Below, piece after piece: positions 10,202 through 18,506 of a stretch of 64,000 nucleotides of DNA (its first letter is position 1; every line of letters begins with the position of its first letter). Made by a program: the position numbers and the translations under genes. The notes under the pieces are model-generated. The model had not been told where the DNA came from, did not search any database, and saw only the letters and a list, made by a program, of their open reading frames with translations. Source of the DNA: an uncultured Pseudomonadales bacterium (GTDB lineage Bacteria > Patescibacteriota > Microgenomatia > UBA1400 > MFAQ01). The stretch covers positions 10,411-74,410 of the forward strand of contig CAZGSP010000039.1 of NCBI GenBank assembly GCA_964528565.1. The letters are read 5' to 3'.

Positions 10202-11517
10202 TATGAATTTTTGTAGTTTTCAACGACGAATGAAGACTCGAGTTTGGAAGTTCTGACAAATTTTTCCATGTCACGGATAAGCTTGAGAGTTACATCTTCC
10301 TCCTTGAATGAGTTTACAACAAGTTCACGGCCCTTTTGAGCGATGTTTCTGAGCTCGGTTTGGTGTGCCTGATAATATTTAATCTTCTGTGTGAGCCCAG
10401 CCAGAGTTCCATCGTAAGCAATATAATTGACTCCGTCCTGTAAACCCAGATCTTTGTACATATAGCTATCTAAACCGATATAAGCACAGCCGCAAGCCAT
10501 ACCTTCGATAAAATTGATGGAGGGGAGGCCAATATTCTCCTCCGGGCATACAAACATCTTGTATTGGTTGTACTTCTCTACGATATCAAAACTATGGTAT
10601 TTTTTTAGGTCAGAATTAGTGAGGCTTGCCCAGATTTTTAAAATAGCCCAGCCTGAATAAAAGTATTTTTTTGGGCTGTGTTTTTCATTTGTTTGAGGAG
10701 AGATAAAACAATCGATGTATTTCTTAACAATATCCCTTTTTTCATAGATTTCTTTTCTCATGGTGTGAAGAGCGTTGGTATGAAAAAAGTTCATATAATC
10801 AGAGTGGGCACCGCTAACAGCTTCATAGGTATCCGAAAGCAGAAGAAGAGTGCCTACGGCGAAACACTTATTAGACCGTTTGGCAAATGGCACCCGAGAC
10901 TGGTACCGGTCCTTGAGCACAAAGGGTAAAACATATACTTTTTTGATAAAACTAAAATATTTCCGAAAAAAAGAGTTTTTAGCGATGTTTGCCTCACCAA
11001 GAAGATGTCTGACACCCACGCTTTGAACGTTTTTGGCAACTTGGGCCGTTCTACCAAAATAATGAGTGGCGTGGAGTAGTTTCTTACCCTTAAACGTTTT
11101 TAGAAATGATTTTTTGATCACCTTATCGTTGAGAAAGGTATCTGTCAGTGAACAAAAACCAAAAACCAGGTCACGCTTCTTGTCTAAGTAATTCTTGTCA
11201 AAAATTATCTTTTCTTTGAATGGATTTAGGCCGTTGAGCCAACACCAGATATATATTTCCAAAAAAGAGATGATTTTCAGAAGAAAATAATTATCAGAAA
11301 TGAACTTAATCAAGGAAGACCCGGAGGTTATGGAGGAGGCAGTTCCATCTACTACTAAAGCTGTCGGGCATGGCTTAGATTTGATAATATCCAGGAATAA
11401 ATCGTTTTTTTTGTTGTGAGCCTTTCTAAGTACAAATGAAATGAAGGTTCTGCCAATGGAGGTGTGGGGATTATAAAAGCTTAATCTCATGTGTGTATGT
11501 TCTAAGGAGTGAAACAT
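10201..11517 (-). CDS. Glycosyltransferase with a GT-B fold. The C-terminal domain is GT1/GT4-like.
   Basis: C-terminal motif FVCPEENIGLPSINFIEGMACGCAYIGLD matches the GT4 E-x7-E / G-x-P-x-x-E-A-M-A region. The N-terminal half is divergent. Confidence 0.5.
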   Translation of the reverse strand: MFHSLEHTHMRLSFYNPHTSIGRTFISFVLRKAHNKKNDLFLDIIKSKPCPTALVVDGTASSITSGSSLIKFISDNYFLLKIISFLEIYIWCWLNGLNPFKEKIIFDKNYLDKKRDLVFGFCSLTDTFLNDKVIKKSFLKTFKGKKLLHATHYFGRTAQVAKNVQSVGVRHLLGEANIAKNSFFRKYFSFIKKVYVLPFVLKDRYQSRVPFAKRSNKCFAVGTLLLLSDTYEAVSGAHSDYMNFFHTNALHTMRKEIYEKRDIVKKYIDCFISPQTNEKHSPKKYFYSGWAILKIWASLTNSDLKKYHSFDIVEKYNQYKMFVCPEENIGLPSINFIEGMACGCAYIGLDSYMYKDLGLQDGVNYIAYDGTLAGLTQKIKYYQAHQTELRNIAQKGRELVVNSFKEEDVTLKLIRDMEKFVRTSKLESSFVVENYKNS

Positions 11518-11657
11518 GTCTGGTTGTTTGGTGTTTGTTATTATTTTAACTTAATGTCATTCCCGTATTGCAATGAGACGTTAACTTAAACACATATTAT
11601 AAGTGTTTGTGTATTATAATCGGGTATAATCCGAATTCATTTAATATAACCAAACTC
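11518..11657 (+). promoter_or_regulatory. Divergent intergenic region. Candidate promoter for the plus-strand sugar-activation operon.
   Basis: 140 bp, AT-rich. Two TATAAT hexamers (about 11615-11620 and 11625-11630) sit upstream of the ATG at 11658. There is a direct repeat TTAACTTAA (about 11548 and 11581). No Shine-Dalgarno is evident. Confidence 0.35.
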
Positions 11658-12191
11658 ATGAAAAAAAATACGAAGTCTATGCTACCAAAATATTTTGTTC
11701 TGGACGTTGACGGTGTTATGACTGATGGACAATTTCATTATACCGTTGATGGTAAGGTGTCGAAAGTTTTCGGTCCCGAAGATAACGACGCTCTGTGTCT
11801 TCTTCAAGATAAGCTGAAAATATATTTTGTGACCGGCGATAAAAGGGGGTTCGAAATTTCTAAAAGGAGAATTGTTGATGATATGCATTTTCCTCTTGAA
11901 CTCGTCAGTACTTTCGAGAGAATTGAATGGATTAAGAGTAAGTTGGACTTGGAAAATGCCATTTATATGGGAGATGGTATTTTTGATTCGATCGTCTTTA
12001 ATCAAATCGGTTATGGTATCGCTCCAGCCAATGCCTTTTTCAAAACCAAAGAGTATGCCGACTTTGTAACCAACTCCAGAGGTGGCGAGGGCGCTGTAGC
12101 AGAAGCTTGTCTTCATATAATGGAAAAGTTTTTCGAACCATTTGATCCATTGAAAATAAAGGTTAAAAAGGTTGGTGTTTGGGGACAATAG
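11658..12191 (+). CDS. HAD-IIIA phosphatase of the KdsC/YrbI family (3-deoxy-ulosonate 8/9-phosphate phosphatase-like).
   Basis: MKKNTKSMLPKYFVLDVDGVMTDG… has the DxDGV motif. Also …YFVTGDKRG… and …IYMGDGIFDS…. The track start (11607) is a TTG, so the ATG at 11658 was used. Confidence 0.7.
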   Translation: MKKNTKSMLPKYFVLDVDGVMTDGQFHYTVDGKVSKVFGPEDNDALCLLQDKLKIYFVTGDKRGFEISKRRIVDDMHFPLELVSTFERIEWIKSKLDLENAIYMGDGIFDSIVFNQIGYGIAPANAFFKTKEYADFVTNSRGGEGAVAEACLHIMEKFFEPFDPLKIKVKKVGVWGQ

Positions 12192-12192
12192 A

Positions 12193-13011
12193 ATGATAAG
12201 CAAAGACACAATAATGTGCATCTCGATTGCCGAACGGCCGGGAAGTCTGGGGGCAACGATCTTCAACAACGCATTTAAGAGGCTGTCACTGGATTATATA
12301 TATAAACCCTTGCTTGTAGAATCAAAGAACCTGGAGATTTCTATTTTAGCGATTAGAGCTTGGGGGATCAGGGGATGTGGTGTATCTATGCCACACAAAA
12401 TTGAGGTCATGAAATACTTGGATAAGATTGATGGTACGGCCAAAAAGATCGGTGCGGTGAATACCATCGTAAATAGTGATGGAATATTGACTGGCTACAA
12501 TACGGATTTTGAAGGTGCCAAAATAATTACCAAGAGAGATTTTGACGTAAAGGGAGCGGACGTTTTGATTGCTGGCGCCGGAGGTGCTGCCCGAGCAATC
12601 ATTCAGGCTCTGATCGAGAACAAATCCTCAAAGATATATCTCACAAATAGAGATGAGCAAAAATCAAGGATGGTTGCAAAAGAGTTTAAGATCCGCTTCC
12701 TCCCCTGGAGAGATAAGGACCTAATGTCAGGTAAATTGCTAATTAACGCTACACCATTAGGAATGAGGTCTGAGGACAAGTGTATCTTTGCGGATGAGAC
12801 AATTAGACAATTTGATGCGGTGATGGACGTGGTCGTAAGTCTGCATGATACCCTTCTGATTAAAAAGGCTAAGAAATTTGGCAAGGTTGCCCTGCCTGGA
12901 ATACGCATGTCATCTCTCCAAGGGATGGTTCAATTTAAGTTGTATACTAGGAAAAATATTCCGATAAGAATAATTGAGGAAGGAATTCAACAATTTTTAA
13001 AAAAACACTAA
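12193..13011 (+). CDS. Shikimate/quinate 5-dehydrogenase family oxidoreductase (AroE-like). Its substrate in this setting is unknown.
   Basis: FNNAFKRLSLDYIYKP … GCGVSMPHKIEVMKYLD…AKKIGAVNTIVNSDGILTGYNTDFEGA … VLIAGAGGAARAI. These are the AroE substrate-binding and Rossmann motifs. Confidence 0.65.
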   Translation: MISKDTIMCISIAERPGSLGATIFNNAFKRLSLDYIYKPLLVESKNLEISILAIRAWGIRGCGVSMPHKIEVMKYLDKIDGTAKKIGAVNTIVNSDGILTGYNTDFEGAKIITKRDFDVKGADVLIAGAGGAARAIIQALIENKSSKIYLTNRDEQKSRMVAKEFKIRFLPWRDKDLMSGKLLINATPLGMRSEDKCIFADETIRQFDAVMDVVVSLHDTLLIKKAKKFGKVALPGIRMSSLQGMVQFKLYTRKNIPIRIIEEGIQQFLKKH

Positions 13012-13012
13012 T

Positions 13013-14599
13013 ATGGATTACAAAGTATGTATTCTCGCCGCTGGTGCAGGTACAAGAATGGGCAAATTGTCCGATGGTATCAATAAGGCCATCTTGCCGG
13101 TAAATGCAAAAGCCGTAATTTCTCACATTATCGAAAAGTTTCCCCCGAACGTCGAAATAGTCATCGCAGTCGGGCACAAAAAAGAAACGGTAATTGATTA
13201 TGTGAAGCTGGCTTATCCGGAAAGAACTTTTGTCTTTGTCGACGTTGACAAGTATATTGGACCAGGAACGGGACCGGGTTACTCTCTTTTGCAATGCCGG
13301 AGTCAGTTGCAGTGCCCTTTTGTATTTTTTGCCGCCGACACAATTGTGCTGGAGGACGTACCCGACCCAGACCATAACTGGTTTGGAATTGCGCCCGTCA
13401 AAGAAACAGAACCATATTGTACTGTTCAAATAAAGAACAACCTGGTTTTTCAACTTGATGACAAAACAAAAAACGATAACAAATTTGCTTTTATTGGACT
13501 GGCCGGAGTGAGAGACTATGAAATATTCTTTACTTCACTGGAGAACAATAAGTCGGGTAACGGTGGCGAAATTCAAGTCTCAAATGGATTTAATGGTTTG
13601 ATTGAGCAAGAACTTATCCCGATCGGATTTACCTGGTTCGACACAGGTACGGAAGAAAACTATATTGAAACAAATAAGAATTTCACAAAAAGCAATAAAT
13701 TCGACTTCGGTAAGGACAACGAATTTATTTACTTTGTTAATGGTAAGGTGATTAAATTCTTTGCAGATGAGAAAATCGCCAAAAATAGATACGAGCGAGC
13801 GACTAAACATTTGTTGGGTCTGTGCCCAAGAATTGAAGGCTACCGTGGTAATTTTTATGCCTACAACAAGTTAGCTGGTCAAACTCTATATGATGTCTTA
13901 AATAACCATACCGTAAAGACTTTCCTAAACTGGGCCAGACTCAATTTGTGGAAAAATAGTGAAATATCTTCCGCTGAGAAAAAGATTTTTAAGAAGGCGT
14001 GTAAAGATTTTTACTATGAAAAAACATTAAAGCGGCTCAAAAAGTTTTATGAGAAGACCGGGATCGAGGATGGGGAGACTGTCATTAATGGTATTTCAGT
14101 CCCGTCGCTCAAAGATTTGATGGTTAAGATTGATTGGAAACATATTACCGACGGTGTTCCTTCTAACTTCCACGGCGACCTCCAATTTGACAATATTTTG
14201 GTTACCCGCGATCCTGTCAGTAATTTGGAAAAATTTGTTTTATTGGACTGGAGACAAGACTTCGGAGGGTTGACAAACATGGGTGATCTGTATTATGACC
14301 TAGCCAAACTTTATGGCGGAACAACACTCTCTTATCAACTAATCAAACAGGGAATGTTTAACTTTGACGCTAGCGGCTCCAGTGTATATTATAACTTTTA
14401 TCTTAAAAATGATCTCCTAGAAGCCAAAGAAGAATTTGAATCGTTCATTATCAAGAACCATTTTGATCTAAATAAAATTAAGATTATTACGGCGTTAATA
14501 TTTCTGAACATGTCTCCATTACACAACGACCCATTTGATTTGATGCTATATCACTTGGGCAAAAGCCAACTTTACAGATTACTTAACAATAAACAATAA
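13013..14599 (+). CDS. Bifunctional protein. N-terminal sugar-1-phosphate nucleotidyltransferase (LicC/MurU-like). C-terminal APH/choline-kinase-fold kinase (LicA/AmgK-like).
   Basis: N-terminus ILAAGAGTRMGKLSDGINKAILPV is the G-x-G-T-R-M NTP-transferase signature. The C-terminal half has HGDLQFDNILVT (Brenner motif of the APH/ChoK fold) and LLDWRQDFGG (Mg-binding D). Confidence 0.65.
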   Translation: MDYKVCILAAGAGTRMGKLSDGINKAILPVNAKAVISHIIEKFPPNVEIVIAVGHKKETVIDYVKLAYPERTFVFVDVDKYIGPGTGPGYSLLQCRSQLQCPFVFFAADTIVLEDVPDPDHNWFGIAPVKETEPYCTVQIKNNLVFQLDDKTKNDNKFAFIGLAGVRDYEIFFTSLENNKSGNGGEIQVSNGFNGLIEQELIPIGFTWFDTGTEENYIETNKNFTKSNKFDFGKDNEFIYFVNGKVIKFFADEKIAKNRYERATKHLLGLCPRIEGYRGNFYAYNKLAGQTLYDVLNNHTVKTFLNWARLNLWKNSEISSAEKKIFKKACKDFYYEKTLKRLKKFYEKTGIEDGETVINGISVPSLKDLMVKIDWKHITDGVPSNFHGDLQFDNILVTRDPVSNLEKFVLLDWRQDFGGLTNMGDLYYDLAKLYGGTTLSYQLIKQGMFNFDASGSSVYYNFYLKNDLLEAKEEFESFIIKNHFDLNKIKIITALIFLNMSPLHNDPFDLMLYHLGKSQLYRLLNNKQ

Positions 14600-14603
14600 C
14601 ATT

Positions 14604-15608
14604 ATGGGAAGCCGGGTTAATGCCAAGATTGGAATTGGACCAATGAGTAGTGAGGTCATAGAAGCAGTTTACCGTTACTCTCACTTCTATCGGAAGCAAT
14701 TGATGTTGATTGCATCGAAAAATCAGATTGATCACGCCGGCGGATATGTAAACGGTTGGACCACAAAGCAATATTGCCTTTTCCTAAAAGAAATGAAGAA
14801 AACTTATGGAAACAGCGATGTGATTATATGTCGCGATCATTGTGGTCCTGGTTTTAACGGGATAGATGACTTAAGAGATACTTACGAAACAATTAAAAAT
14901 GATATTGACAATGGGTTTGACCTAATACATATCGATTTTTGTCATTTCAAAGGAAACAGAGAAGAAAAATTGAATGAGTCGAAAAAGGCAATCGAGTATG
15001 CATTAGGCTTAAACCCGAATATACTCTTGGAAGTGGGTACCGACGAAAATCTCGGGACTAATTATAGTTTACCAAACCTTTCAGAGATAGAAAGGGAAAT
15101 AACGTTTATAAAAGGTTTTTGTAACCCTGAATTCTATGTGGTCCAAACCGGTAGCTTGGTAAAAGAAATTAATCAAGTAGGAAATTTTAATAAGGATTTC
15201 GTGTCAAAAATAGCGACAATTGCCAAAGAAAACGGAATCAAAATTAAAGAACACAATGATGACTATCTCGATAAAGAGACAATAAAAATAAAAAGAGAGT
15301 TGGTTGATGCAATGAATATTGCGCCACAATTTGGAGTTGTCCAGACTCAATTGGTCATTACCAAGTGTTTACAGTATGGTATAAATTTTGATCGATTTCT
15401 AAAGGATGTATATGATAGCGGAAAGTGGAAGAAGTGGTTAATGAACAACACCGCGGAGAACAAAATGCTTTGTTCTGTAATCGCCGGCCACTATGGATTT
15501 AATTACGAAAGCTACAAGGATATTATTCAACAATTAAGCACCCGTCTCGACATTAAGGAGTTCATTATTAATTCAATTTCCGATCTTATTGCTCACTATG
15601 ATATATAA
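14604..15608 (+). CDS. GatZ/KbaZ-like TIM-barrel protein (tagatose-bisphosphate aldolase accessory / tagatose-6-P kinase family, PF08013-like).
   Basis: From memory the sequence aligns with E. coli GatZ: IGIGPMSSEVIEAV / ASKNQIDHAGGYVNGWT / VIICRDHCGPGF / LIHIDFCHF / EVGTDEN. I could not verify this against a database. Confidence 0.45.
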   Translation: MGSRVNAKIGIGPMSSEVIEAVYRYSHFYRKQLMLIASKNQIDHAGGYVNGWTTKQYCLFLKEMKKTYGNSDVIICRDHCGPGFNGIDDLRDTYETIKNDIDNGFDLIHIDFCHFKGNREEKLNESKKAIEYALGLNPNILLEVGTDENLGTNYSLPNLSEIEREITFIKGFCNPEFYVVQTGSLVKEINQVGNFNKDFVSKIATIAKENGIKIKEHNDDYLDKETIKIKRELVDAMNIAPQFGVVQTQLVITKCLQYGINFDRFLKDVYDSGKWKKWLMNNTAENKMLCSVIAGHYGFNYESYKDIIQQLSTRLDIKEFIINSISDLIAHYDI

Positions 15609-16032
15609 CGCATCACCAAAAGTTGTTACTAAGCCTTGGGGAAAAGAACTGTGGCTTGAGTTAAATGACCGGTACTGTTACAAAAGAATTTATCTTAAGG
15701 CAGGTACCAGAACAAGTTATCAATATCATGAGTATAAGATAGAGACCAACTATATTATCGAAGGAGAGGCAGAGGTGTGGCTGGAAAACGAGAATGGCGG
15801 GATTGAGAAAATAATGATGAAGGCCAATGACATTTTTAACGTACGTCCACCCCAAAAACATAGGGTAATAGCCAAAACAGACGTGATACTTCAGGAGGTT
15901 TCGACACCCGAGGTTGACGACGTCATTAGAATTGAAGATGATTCAGCCAGAGGAAGTGGAAAAATAGAATCCGAACATAAAAGGGTATTGAGTGGAGATG
16001 TCCTTCCCAAAAAAAAATCTAACAAAGTATGA
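15598..16032 (+). CDS. Cupin-domain protein resembling the C-terminal cupin of type II mannose-6-phosphate isomerase / GDP-mannose pyrophosphorylase.
   Basis: KPWGKELWLELNDRYCYKRIYLKAGTRTSYQYHEYKIETNYIIEGEAEV matches PWG-x-E-x-W … S-x-Q-x-H … G-x-A. The start is set at the M4 ATG. It overlaps the upstream gene by about 10 nt. Confidence 0.55.
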   Translation: MIYNASPKVVTKPWGKELWLELNDRYCYKRIYLKAGTRTSYQYHEYKIETNYIIEGEAEVWLENENGGIEKIMMKANDIFNVRPPQKHRVIAKTDVILQEVSTPEVDDVIRIEDDSARGSGKIESEHKRVLSGDVLPKKKSNKV

Positions 16033-16065
16033 GGGCGGACCGGTATCAATTGATGAGCCAATAAA

Positions 16066-16857
16066 CTACTTGGTAACTGTAATATAAAGGCTATTTAAAC
16101 CTAGGGTTGAGAGTAGCTGATCCGGAAGAATTGCGGATAGTTTTTCCAGGTAATCAGAACACCATAAGTTCTTATATGGATAAAAGTAATTCAACAGATT
16201 GGGATTGATAATGGGTCTGAAAGACTCGGTGAAGCCCATCTCTCTACTTAAGTCATGGATTGATTTGTAAGAGTATCTGCCAACGTGATGGTAAACTGAG
16301 ACCTGAGAGAAGAAATTATTTGCAGTTTTGTCCTTTTTAATCCTGATGGATGAAGGACAAATAATTAGATATCGACCGCCTTTTTTTAGCAAGGAATGGA
16401 CTTCAGCTAAGTGCCTTTTAATATCTTTTGGATGAATATGCTCCACCACATGATGCGAGAAGGCACAATCAACTTTAAGATTTCTGACTTGTTCAAGGTC
16501 AAGCTCGTAGTTTTTATCGCGATTCAGCTGGACGGTGTTTGCGGGGAAGTTACCCTTTAGTTTTGGGATTGCAGAGAAGTATACCTTTTTGAATTTTAAA
16601 GCAAAAAGTTTTATCTCAGCCAGCGAAGGGCTGATTAAATAAACAGTGAGAGTGGAAGTATCCCCTGAAAAAAAAGTAGGTAGTTTACGGTTTGAGACAG
16701 TACTCTCGTTCCCCAAATCCAATTTGGCGACCTCTTGGTACCAACCAGAATAGTATTCTTCGGCAAGACGCATTCGAGATTTGTAGCTTTGCTGAAGGTT
16801 AATTTCCTTATAAAAATTCTTGGCCTCAGCCAACACCTTCTGTTTGTTCATAATCAA
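16066..16857 (-). CDS. Class I SAM-dependent methyltransferase (Methyltransf_11/12-like).
   Basis: CAFSHHVVEHIHPKDIKRHLAEVHSLLKKGGRYLIICP is the motif II / post-I region of small-molecule MTases. Confidence 0.5.
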   Translation of the reverse strand: MIMNKQKVLAEAKNFYKEINLQQSYKSRMRLAEEYYSGWYQEVAKLDLGNESTVSNRKLPTFFSGDTSTLTVYLISPSLAEIKLFALKFKKVYFSAIPKLKGNFPANTVQLNRDKNYELDLEQVRNLKVDCAFSHHVVEHIHPKDIKRHLAEVHSLLKKGGRYLIICPSSIRIKKDKTANNFFSQVSVYHHVGRYSYKSIHDLSREMGFTESFRPIINPNLLNYFYPYKNLWCSDYLEKLSAILPDQLLSTLGLNSLYITVTK

Positions 16858-16861
16858 CAGG

Positions 16862-18442
16862 CTATGCCGGAATTCTTTTTTTACTAACGGGCGTATAAAG
16901 AATAGACCTGGTCGTATTTTTTAGAAAGCTTCTAGTAAATAATTTCACGCCCGTATATATCAATTTCGCAGTATACCTAAAATCCTCGAAGCTATTAATT
17001 TTATTTAGTATTCTAATTGGATTTAGATATGACATTGCTCGATAAGCTATGAAACTCCGATAGGCATGTAAATGAAGTTTTTTAATTTCATCTTTGTCAA
17101 AATTCATAGTAGGTGCCGCCTCTTCGTTCAGCATTTTATACATTTCCTGATACTTCTTTTGATCAAATTTCATTGTTTTGAAGATATCATCAAAATTTAA
17201 TAAACCTTCCTTTTTAAAATCTTCATAAACGGGAGATGTGGGTTGAGGGCTGAGGGTGAAAAAGGCGGCGAAGTCTGTTCCGGAATGTTTAGCAAAATTT
17301 ATAGTATCGAGTATTTGCTCTTTTGTTTCATATGGGAATCCCAAAATGTGGGTACAGATAGTCCACATGCCGATTTTATTGGCATATTGTATTAACTCTT
17401 TTGCCTGCGCCAAGCTATGAGTTTTGTGAATATATTCTCTAATGTCTTTATTTCCGGATTCTATGCCAAAAGTGATACGGTAGCAGCCGGCTTTTTTCAT
17501 CTTTTTGATCAACCGCTTATCAAGGGTCCAATGGGCGATTCCATTCGGAGTGGTCCACCTAATATCCAGTTTTCTTTTAATTATTTCATCACAGATTTCT
17601 CCCCATCTTTTCTTATTAACGGCAGCAGAATCGTCCAAAAAGCCGATTTCGTTTATGCCATAGGTGTTGTGGAGCAACTCTAGTTCGTCGACTGTTTTGA
17701 CTGCGCTTTTACCTCTCCAAGTTCTACCCCATACTGCCCTTACGGTGCAGTAAACACAATCGCCGGGACAGCCGCGACTGGACATAATTCCCAAAACGGG
17801 TGTCCTCATGGTATAAATACTTCCCTTGGATAGACCGGCATACTTTTTGACATCGACCAAAGAATAATCTAAGGGCGGAAGTTTGTTCAGGTCCCAAATA
17901 AGCCGACGCTTTTCGTTTTCGATGATTTTTCTTCCTTTTTTGTAGACTAGCCCTTTTATATCTGAGACATCTAGATTTTTTTCTAATAGATGACGGCTTA
18001 ATTCCAGTAAAGTTTCTTCTCCCTCTCCGACCACTACATAGTCAAACATGCCCATGCCAACAATCCATTTGGCGAAAGAGGATGCATGATTACCTCCGGT
18101 GACAATCTTTATTTTTGGATTTATCTTTTTGATGTAGGTCGCCAAGTTAACAATATCTTGGAAATGTCTGGAATACATACAAGACAAACCAATCAAGATT
18201 GGTTTCTTTTCGTTAATTATTTTTTTGATTTCAGCATTAGATTTACCACATCTTTTCCGTTTACCGTCTGTGATCCAATCATTGAAATCAAACATTCCTA
18301 ATTCTTCGATGCTACATGAGACGCCATTGGCGTTGAGATAGGTTGCAAGATTTAGTAAATTTAGTGGAAGGCTGGCCAAAATCAACTCCTGAGAGTCTTC
18401 CTCCACTGTGTAGTATTGATTGAAAAGCAGAACATTTGACAT
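16862..18442 (-). CDS. B12-binding-domain radical SAM enzyme (class B radical SAM, candidate methyltransferase).
   Basis: N-terminal cobalamin-binding-like domain (…IGLSCMYSRHFQDIVNLATYIKKINPKIKIVTGGNHAS…). Radical SAM CxxxCxxC motif SSRGCPGDCVYCT. ATG start confirmed. Confidence 0.75.
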   Translation of the reverse strand: MSNVLLFNQYYTVEEDSQELILASLPLNLLNLATYLNANGVSCSIEELGMFDFNDWITDGKRKRCGKSNAEIKKIINEKKPILIGLSCMYSRHFQDIVNLATYIKKINPKIKIVTGGNHASSFAKWIVGMGMFDYVVVGEGEETLLELSRHLLEKNLDVSDIKGLVYKKGRKIIENEKRRLIWDLNKLPPLDYSLVDVKKYAGLSKGSIYTMRTPVLGIMSSRGCPGDCVYCTVRAVWGRTWRGKSAVKTVDELELLHNTYGINEIGFLDDSAAVNKKRWGEICDEIIKRKLDIRWTTPNGIAHWTLDKRLIKKMKKAGCYRITFGIESGNKDIREYIHKTHSLAQAKELIQYANKIGMWTICTHILGFPYETKEQILDTINFAKHSGTDFAAFFTLSPQPTSPVYEDFKKEGLLNFDDIFKTMKFDQKKYQEMYKMLNEEAAPTMNFDKDEIKKLHLHAYRSFIAYRAMSYLNPIRILNKINSFEDFRYTAKLIYTGVKLFTRSFLKNTTRSILYTPVSKKRIPA

Positions 18443-18506
18443 GAGTTTGATTATTTATTTGGAAGGTTTTGACAATAAGAGATTGTAACCCCTGTTGGTG
18501 TATTTT

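Noticed and set aside
11607-11657. The track's TTG-initiated N-terminal extension (MCIIIGYNPNSFNITKL) on the KdsC-like gene.
   Set aside because: KdsC-family proteins start a few residues before the DxDGV motif, and the ATG at 11658 gives exactly that. The extension overlaps the TATAAT-containing putative promoter.
12193-13011. Reading the AroE-like gene as a bona fide shikimate-pathway gene, implying aromatic amino-acid biosynthesis here.
   Set aside because: No other aro genes are in the window, and the gene is embedded in a sugar-activation operon. A non-shikimate substrate is more parsimonious. I cannot exclude a housekeeping role without the rest of the genome.
16033-16065. Possible intrinsic terminator between the convergent cupin and methyltransferase genes.
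   Set aside because: Only a short imperfect palindrome (GGCGGACCGG) with no following T-tract. Not convincing.
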